Positions 8,783 through 17,400 of a DNA stretch of 20,000 nucleotides are shown here, in pieces. Origin of the DNA: an uncultured Ignavibacteriales bacterium (GTDB lineage: Bacteria > Zixibacteria > MSB-5A5 > GN15 > FEB-12). The stretch's first letter is position 1, and every line of letters starts with the position of its first letter. The notes below the pieces were generated by a model that was not told the origin of the DNA, ran no database searches, and saw nothing but the letters and a program-made list of their open reading frames with translations. The stretch is from the NCBI GenBank assembly GCA_964464605.1, contig CAYXJN010000001.1, forward strand, positions 428,915-448,914, given 5' to 3'. The translations under genes were made by a program, and so were the position numbers.

Positions 8783-11473
8783 ATGCGGTTGCTGAAATTC
8801 CTTGCATTTTTGCTGGTATTGCAACTGATAGGCAGCTGGGTACCCGAATTGAAAGCGCAGGTAGTTGAAAATTGTGCGTTTGTTAACTTGAATCGGTTAT
8901 CCACTCGTGATACTGTCCGTGTAAGACGTTTTACGGGAAGACCGGGAGATACGGTCTATATGCCGGTCCATATGGCTACTGACTCTGCTGTTGCTGGCTT
9001 TCAGTTTATTTTTCGCGTCGATACCGTTAAGCTGGAACCGACCGGAAAAGCGTACGATACAACTTTAGTTGGTCCGGAATTGTTCTTTAGCAATCAAATG
9101 GTGGGGAGATTGCGAAACGCACAAAATGAAATCGACGTACAATTTCCGCCGGCTGGAAGTAGAACCGCATTTTTAACCCAGCTTTCGTATAATCCCTTTG
9201 ACTCCGGTGCGCTTTTGGCTTCCTTCTTTCCACCAATACCGCTTGATTCTCAGAGTGTGTCGGTGACCATTGACCCGGGTCGGGATATCATTTTCTATAT
9301 TCCTTTCATTGCCAATCCGACGATGCAGCATAAAGAATCACTCTTTATCAGATTTCAAGAATCGGATCAGTTCTATCTCGATTCGAACAACCTTCCGGTT
9401 CAAACCGGCTGTCGACGAACGCAAATTGCGTCCGCATGGAACAGCGGATCGGGTATTACTAACCCTACATTATATCCGAGGACGTTTGGCGCTTGGTTTG
9501 TTGCCGACACAGCGCCGCTACCGAGTATTGTCGCGTTTAGTACCAGCGCCACGAATATTAATTCAGGCGGTGCTGCCATTCTGAGCTGGACAGTCACGAA
9601 TGCAGATTCGGTCACGTTATCAGTAAATAGTATTAACATCTTGAAAACGACGGAACTTACCAGCGATACCATCGTTCAGCCGACATCGACAACGACCTAT
9701 TTGTTGACTGCCTACAACAACTCTGGAACAGCGACAGCCAGCCAAACAATCACAGTTGGCACAGGCGGCGGTGGCGGCGGCGGCGGTGGCGGCGGCGGGA
9801 GTACTAATTATGGGCCAGATATTTTCAGGGATCCGGAAGACAGAACGATTACAATAAATCAATTCGAACCGCTCACCATTCGAGTCACGGCTGATGATGA
9901 AAACGGTGATTCGATCGTGCTTAATACTATGGGAGCACTACCCGCAAACGCAGCATTTTTAGGTGACTCGACAAACGGAACAGGTACCGTCGAACGAATG
10001 TTCACGTTTACCCCGGATGCTTCGCAAACGGGAGCGTTTACTATTATTTTCAAAGCCAGGGATGAATTCGGCGGTTCATCGGCTAATTATCTTACTATTG
10101 TCGTCAATCCGCTTGATGATGCACTGTTTACTACGTCGGATACTGTTCCTGGCCGCAGAGCAGTCGGCGGTGTACCGGGAAGCAGTCAGATACTTTTCCC
10201 GATTAATTTTTTCACTGCACAGCCTATTTATGGTATTCAGTTCGATTTGACGTTCGACAGCTTACAGCTTGAAATAGACTCAGTATTTACCACTGCTCGT
10301 ACCCCGGGATTTGTAGTGTACGATAACATCGGCCAAATTCCCGGTGTTGTGCGTGTCGCGAGTTTCCATTTGAGTGGTGACAGTATGCGCACCGATACCA
10401 TTCCAATTTTGTATGCGGCGTTCTCGGTTGACTCGCTTGCGCCTCCGGGACTTTACGACGTTTGCATTAAAAATGGTTTTGAAGCCATTGATCCGAATCC
10501 GAATGTGTTCGGCGTTTCAGTCGAAGGTTCCTGTGGCGTTCTGCAGGTCGATCAATTCGGTGACGTTAACTTAGACCGGGTGGTAAACGTTGTTGACGTA
10601 GTGAACATTATTGGTGTCATACTCGGTAACTTCTCGCTTACTCCTCGTCAGTACGCAGCCGGTAATATTGTTACCGATGCAAATATTGACGTGTTCGATA
10701 TGGTTGGTATTCTGAATGTTATTTTCAACATTCCTCTGGTTCCGACTGCCGGCATGGAAATACCTGGTCTTATTGCAGAGATGTCACTCAACTACCAGAA
10801 TCTGGAACAGGGAGAATCAGATGTCATCCTGCTTGATTTAGATGCACCGATGGATGTGGCCGGTGTCGAATTGGTTATTAATTATGACCGGACTGCCGTC
10901 TCGTTAGGTACACCTAAAATTCCAGACGGCGCTAACGGGTTGGTACTGCAAAGTCAGGATCTCGGACAAGGGAAAATGAAAGTTCTGCTTACGCCAACCA
11001 ATCCCCTGACCACGAGTGACTTTATCCAACGCGGTAAGAGCACATTCTTGGAAATCCCGATTACGGCGCGTCAGGATATTGCCAGCGATGATGAAACGCA
11101 GTTGCGCTTGAGCAAGGCCTTGCTTTCTACAGCATCAGCTGAAGCGTTGAAGGTTGGCAATGTAACTGCGCCAGTGCCCGCAGGATTTACGTTACGGCAG
11201 AATTATCCGAATCCGTTCAACCCGAGCACGAATATCGAATTTTCAATCGATGTCGACGCGGGTGTCGGTCAAAAGAATGTTCGACTTGATATTTTCAATA
11301 TCCTCGGTCAACGGGTGAAAACCTTAGTGAACCGGCCGCTCAGCACCGGAACCTTCAGGGAAGTGTGGGATGCCACCAACGAAGCTGGCGAGAAGGTGTC
11401 GACAGGAATGTATCTTTATCGACTGGAAGTCGGAGATGCAACACAAACTAAAAAGATGATATTTTTGAAATAG
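8783..11473 (+). CDS. Gene E: scaffoldin-like secreted protein (cohesin-like, Ig, Gly12 linker, cadherin-like, cohesin, dockerin, cohesin-like, FlgD-Ig/T9SS-like CTD)
   Basis: GGAGG at 8773-8777 favours ATG 8783 over the track's TTG 8771. Signal peptide ending ELKA|Q. Cohesin-like strands VAGFQFIF, IYGIQFDLTFD and VAGVELVINYD. Dockerin GDVNLDRVVNVVDVV...GNIVTDANIDVFDMV from 10559. CTD from 11198. Confidence 0.9.
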   Translation: MRLLKFLAFLLVLQLIGSWVPELKAQVVENCAFVNLNRLSTRDTVRVRRFTGRPGDTVYMPVHMATDSAVAGFQFIFRVDTVKLEPTGKAYDTTLVGPELFFSNQMVGRLRNAQNEIDVQFPPAGSRTAFLTQLSYNPFDSGALLASFFPPIPLDSQSVSVTIDPGRDIIFYIPFIANPTMQHKESLFIRFQESDQFYLDSNNLPVQTGCRRTQIASAWNSGSGITNPTLYPRTFGAWFVADTAPLPSIVAFSTSATNINSGGAAILSWTVTNADSVTLSVNSINILKTTELTSDTIVQPTSTTTYLLTAYNNSGTATASQTITVGTGGGGGGGGGGGGSTNYGPDIFRDPEDRTITINQFEPLTIRVTADDENGDSIVLNTMGALPANAAFLGDSTNGTGTVERMFTFTPDASQTGAFTIIFKARDEFGGSSANYLTIVVNPLDDALFTTSDTVPGRRAVGGVPGSSQILFPINFFTAQPIYGIQFDLTFDSLQLEIDSVFTTARTPGFVVYDNIGQIPGVVRVASFHLSGDSMRTDTIPILYAAFSVDSLAPPGLYDVCIKNGFEAIDPNPNVFGVSVEGSCGVLQVDQFGDVNLDRVVNVVDVVNIIGVILGNFSLTPRQYAAGNIVTDANIDVFDMVGILNVIFNIPLVPTAGMEIPGLIAEMSLNYQNLEQGESDVILLDLDAPMDVAGVELVINYDRTAVSLGTPKIPDGANGLVLQSQDLGQGKMKVLLTPTNPLTTSDFIQRGKSTFLEIPITARQDIASDDETQLRLSKALLSTASAEALKVGNVTAPVPAGFTLRQNYPNPFNPSTNIEFSIDVDAGVGQKNVRLDIFNILGQRVKTLVNRPLSTGTFREVWDATNEAGEKVSTGMYLYRLEVGDATQTKKMIFLK
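9764..9799 (+). repeat. GGN trinucleotide tract encoding a Gly12 linker
   Basis: Twelve consecutive Gly codons (9 GGC, 2 GGT, 1 GGG) between two Ig-like domains. Confidence 0.95.
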
Positions 11474-11494
11474 GACAGGGAGGAAGAACAAACG

Positions 11495-14400
11495 ATGCGT
11501 ATTCGAATTCTCATCGCAGGCTTGCTTCTTAGCCTCGGACTCGCCATCGGAGCGGCTGCCCAAACAGCGCCGCCGGTGCTCGATCCAATCGGGCCGCAAG
11601 GTCCCGTGGCTGAAGGAGGCAACCTGGCCTTTGGCGTGTCGGCCTCCGATGCTGACGTCACCATACCGATTTTAACTACTTCGACGCTTCCTCCCAATGC
11701 GACCTTTGTCGACAATTTGGACGGAACTGGTTCGTTTAGTTTCTCGCCGGATTTCACGCAGGCTGGACCGTTTATCATTACGTTCTATGCCGCTGATCCG
11801 ATAACGCCGGATATCGATTCAGAACAGGTTACTATCACCGTAACCAACGTGAATCAATTGCCGATTCTTGCGACTATTTCGCCGCAGGGTCCGGTCAATG
11901 AAGGTGCGGTGTTGAACTTTGGTGTTACCGCATCCGATCCGGATACGGATATCCCAGTGTTGACTACCTCACCGCTGCCGGTCAATGCAACGTTCATCGA
12001 TAACAACGACGGCACCGGTTCGTTTAGTTTTTCACCTGATTTCACACAGGCCGGAAACTTCAGCATTACATTCTATGCGACCGATGCTGTTTCACCGACC
12101 GATATCGACTCCGAAGTCGTTTCGATCACAGTTACGAACGTGAACCAACTGCCGATTCTTGCGACTATTTCGCCGCAGGGTCCGGTCAATGAAGGTGCGG
12201 TGTTGAACTTTGGTGTCAGCTCAACCGACGCNNNNNNNNNNNNNNNNNNNNNNNNNNNNNNNNNNNNNNNNNNNNNNNNNNNNNNNNNNNNNNNNNNNNN
12301 NNNNNNNNNNNNNNNNNNNNNNNNNNNNNNNAACTTTGGTGTCAGCTCAACCGACGCCGATGGTGTTGATCCGGTGTTAACCACGTCAACCCTTCCGGCT
12401 AATGCATCTTTCGTTGATAACAACGACGGTACCGGCTCGTTTAGTTTCTCACCTGACTTCACACAGGCTGGAACGTTCAATATTACGTTCTATGCGACTG
12501 ACGGTGCGCTTCCGGCTGATATTGATTCCGAAGTCGTTTCGATTACCGTAACAAACGTGAACCAATTGCCGATCCTCGCGACAATTTCCCCGCAAGGTCC
12601 GGTCAATGAAGGTGCTGTTCTTAACTTTGGCGTTAGTTCAACCGATGCTGACGGTGTTGATCCGGTATTGACGACATCAACCCTTCCGGCCAATGCTTCA
12701 TTCGTTGACAATAACGACGGCACCGGCTCATTCAGCTTTTCGCCTGACTTCACACAGGCCGGAACGTTCAATATTACGTTCTACGCGACTGACGGTGCGC
12801 TTCCGGCTGACATTGATTCCGAAGTCGTCTCGATTACTGTAACGGATGTCAATCAGGCGCCGGTGTTGGCGACAATCAGCCCGCAAGGTCCGGTTGTTGA
12901 AGGCAACACCTTGAACTTTGGTGTAACAGCCACCGATGGTGATGCGGTCACGCCGATTCTTACGACATCCACCTTGCCGACGAATGCAACATTTGTTGAT
13001 AATAACGACGGTACCGGTTCGTTCAGCTTCTCGCCGAATCTGACCCAGGCTGGTGTGTATAACATTACGTTCTATGCTACCGACGGCGCAGTTCCATCAT
13101 CAATCGACTCAGAAGTAGTCAGTATTACCGTTACCGACGCCGGCAACCAGACGCCGGTGCTTGCGACCATTTCGCCGCAAGGTCCGGTGACGGAAGGGAA
13201 CACGCTGAACTTTGGCGTATCCGCAACCGATGCCGACCTAGTTACCCCGGTTCTTTCAACCTCGGCGCTTCCGGCAAACGCGTCGTTTATTGATAACAAC
13301 GATGGTACCGGTTCGTTCAGCTTTACGCCGGGCTTCACGCAAGCGGGCGTATATAACATCACGTTCTACGCAACGGATGGCTCAGTACCCTCTGCAATCG
13401 ATTCTGAAATCGTGAGCATAACGGTCGATGAAGCCGGCAACCAAGAACCGGTACTCGCGACAATCTCGCCGCAAGGTCCGGTAACGGAAGGTAACACATT
13501 GAATTTTGGTGTATCTGCTTCCGACTTGGATCTGGTTGTGCCTGTTCTTACCACTTCAGCGCTTCCGGCAAACGCCTCGTTCGTTGATAACAACGACGGC
13601 ACCGGATCATTCAGCTTTACGCCGGGCTTCACACAGGCGGGCGTATATAACATCACGTTCTACGCAACGGATGGCTCAGTACCCTCTGCAATCGATTCTG
13701 AAATCGTGAGCATAACGGTCGATGAAGCCGGCAATCAAACGCCGGTACTCGCAACTATTTCGCCGCAAGGTCCGGTTGTCGAAGGTAGCACACTCAACTT
13801 CGGCGTATCTGCAACCGATGCTGATTTAGTCACGCCAATTCTGACTACCTCGACCCTTCCGTTAAATGCAACTTTTGTTGATAATAGTGATGGCACCGGT
13901 TCATTCAGCTTCTCGCCGGATGTTACCCAGTCAGGTATTTACACGATTACGTTCTATGCGACCGACGGTGTTGTTCCGGCGGCCATTGATTCCGAAATAG
14001 TAAGTATCACGGTTACCGATGCCGGTAACCAGGTTCCCGTGTTGGCCACTATCTCGCCGCAGGGTCCGGTGACGGAAGGAAACAGCCTGAGCTTTGGCGT
14101 ATCGGCAACCGATGCTGATTTAGTCACGCCGATTCTTTCGACTTCCGCGCTTCCGCCGAATGCCTCGTTCATCGACAATCTTGATGGCACAGGTACATTC
14201 AACTTTACACCTGACTTTACTCAGTCAGGAATCTATGCAATTACCTTCTACGCCACCGACGGCGTAGTTCCTTCTGCTATCGACTCTGAAGTGGTCAGTA
14301 TCACGGTCGATGAGTTCGGTAATCAGCTTCCGGTCTTGGCGACCATTAGCCCGCAGGGTCCGGTTGCTGAGGGTGCGACCTTGAATTTCTCGGTTTCTGC

Positions 14401-17400
14401 GTCCGACTTGGATGCCGTCACGCCGATTCTTTCAACTTCCGCACTTCCGCCGAATGCCTCGTTTATTGATAACGGAAACGGTACCGGCGACTTTAGCTTT
14501 TCACCTGATCTGACTCAGGCCGGTGTGTATAACATAACTTTCTATGCGACAGACGGCGCGATTCCGTCGGCGATAGATTCAGAAATCGTGAGTATCACCG
14601 TCACCGGAACGAATCAGGTGCCGGTATTGGGCACAATTTCACCGCAAGGTCCGGTCAATGAAGGCGCGATTCTGAACTTTGGTGTCAGCGCAGTTGATGG
14701 TGACGGCAGTATTCCGGTGCTTACCACCTCAGCATTACCGACCAATGCAACCTTCAATGATAACGGAAACGGCACGGGTAGCTTTAGCTTCTCACCGTCC
14801 TTCACGCAATCCGGTATTTATACGATTACCTTCTATGCCACTGATGCGATTGTTCCGACCGATATCGACTCCGAAGTTGTTTCGATTACGGTCAATAACG
14901 TCAATCAGGTGCCGGTGCTTGCCACTATAGCTCCGGTGGGTCCGGTAGCGGAAGGGCTCACGCTTGCCTTTAGCGTATCAGCGACCGATGGTGACGGCAC
15001 CACGCCGATTTTGACAACTTCCGCTTTGCCGGCCAACGCTACCTTTATCGACAACGGTAACGGCACCGGCGGATTTTCCTTCTCACCCAATGTTTCGCAG
15101 GCGGGTGTGTATACAATCACCTTCCGTGCAACCGATGGTCTGGTTCCTGCCGCTATTGATAGCGAAGTAGTAACTATTTCCGTCATTGAAACCGGTAATA
15201 ATGCATCGCCGATCGTCAGTATCGTGAATGACACATCCATTGCCGAAAATCAGGTGTTGGTTATCAATGTCAGCGCGATCGATCCGGAAGCCGGCCCGGT
15301 TTCACTTTCAGTTAGCACAAGTCTCCAGCATTATTCCTTCGTCGATCATAATAACGGAACCGGTACCCTAACGTATTCGCCGACCTACACGGATCAGGGA
15401 ATCGATACCGTTCGCTTTATCGCGACCGATTTCGGTTTACCCCGTTTAAGCGGCACTGAAATCGCCGTGATAACGACGAATGAAGTCAATCAGGTTCCGC
15501 AATTTGTTCCGGCCGGTCCGTTCGCAGTGAAAGTTGGTAAAGTACTTACCTTCACGCTGACCGCGAAAGACCCAACAGCGCCGGATACCACGACACGTAT
15601 CTTTGTTTCCGGATTAGGATTACCAGCCAATTCTTTCTTCGTCGATAACGGTAACAGCACCGGTACCTTTACTTTCACCCCCTCTGCCGGTCAGGTAGGT
15701 ACCGATACGATTACGTTCTTAGCGACTGATCAGGGAACGCCGAGTCAAACCGCTCAGATGAACGTTGTCGTGATTGTTCGCCCGACCAACGCACTGCCTG
15801 TACTCGCACCAATTGGTCCACGTCAGGTGCTGGAAGGCAATACGCTGGTCATCAATCTCTCTGCAACTGATACTGATGGCCCGCTGCCGATCGTTTTCTC
15901 TGCCGATAATCAGCCGAACAATTCCTCGTTTACCGACAACGGTAACGGCACCGGGCAGTTTACTTTTACGCCCAACTTTGCACAGCAGGGACTGTACGCG
16001 GTAACCATCAAAGCATTCGATGGTCTTGATATCGATAAAGAAATTGTCTTTATCCAGGTTTTGGATGCAGGCAACCAGACTCCGGTAGTCGACAGCGCTG
16101 CGGCTCAAGCGACAACGGAAGGTTCCCCAGTTACCGGCCGTATTGTCACGCATGACCCGGATAATGGAACCATTACTATCACGGTGCAAAGCGGTACCGC
16201 CCCGTTTGGTTTTGTGTTGGTCGACAGCGGTAATGGTATTGCGACTTATTCATTCACCCCTGACTTCAGTCAGTCCGGTGTGTGGAATATCGGTATTATT
16301 GCCAGCGATGGCACAGCTGCCGATACCAGTGTTCTTGTTATCACCGTGGCCGATGCCGGTAACCAGCCGCCGACTTTGAACCCGATTGCCGATGTGACCT
16401 CAAAAGAACTTCGGTTAATCAGCATTCATATTATTTCAACCGACCCGGATTCAACGGCGTCTATCATCACCAGTTCGGCTCTTCCGCCCGGTGCTACCTT
16501 GGTCGACAGTGGAAACGGCCGCGCCCGATTCAGATGGGTGCCGACAATCAGCCAGGAAGGTGTGTACGCAATAACCTTCCGCGCTCAGGACTTCGATTCA
16601 CCCGCAACTATCGATTCGCAGCAGGTAATTTTCACCATTCTCGATACCACGCAAATGCCGATTATTTTCGTGAACCCGACCCAGCGTGACTCGATGATGG
16701 AAGGTGAAGTCCTGAACTATATCGCCCTTGGCAGTGATCCGGATGGTGTCCCGCCGACATTGCGCGCGACCTTGAGCGGTCAGGATTCATTGGCTACGAA
16801 TATGATATTCACTGATTCTGGCAACGGTACCGGTGTGCTCAGATTCTCGCCGAATTTCACGCAAGGAAACGCAAACCCGAATTTCTATAACGTCATATTC
16901 AAAGCGATAGATGCAACCGATACGACGCTGCAAGCGACCTCGTTTACTATCGCGTTCCGTGTCTATAATCGTAACCAAAAACCGGTGCAGAACTTCTCGC
17001 TCGGCACCGGGCCGTTCACGATTGTGGGTGGAGATAGCGTGGTCTTTACCGTCAGTTCAACTGACCCAGATGGCGGCACACCGACAACATTCGCACAGAA
17101 TATACCGGCCAATGCAAGTTATACCGGAAGTACGAATGTGAAGGTGTTCCGTTTCAGTCCTACTTTAGCACAAGTCGGATCATATGTGGTCAGATTTATG
17201 TCCGAGGATATTCAGGGATTGCGCGATACTATTAACGTATCTTTTAACGTGACCAGCAGTTCCAATCAAGCGCCGGTACTTGCGACGATTTCACCGCAGG
17301 GTCCGGTCAATGAAGGAGCGACTTTGAACTTTAACGTGTCGGCAAGCGACTTGGATGCCGTCATACCGATACTGACGACCTCGGCATTGCCGGCAAACGC

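Noticed and set aside
11564..15199. Periodic DNA repeats as a CRISPR array or DGR template/variable repeat
   Set aside because: Units are ~291-294 bp, in frame and coding, with differences at synonymous positions rather than adenine-specific ones. No spacers, cas genes or reverse transcriptase are present.
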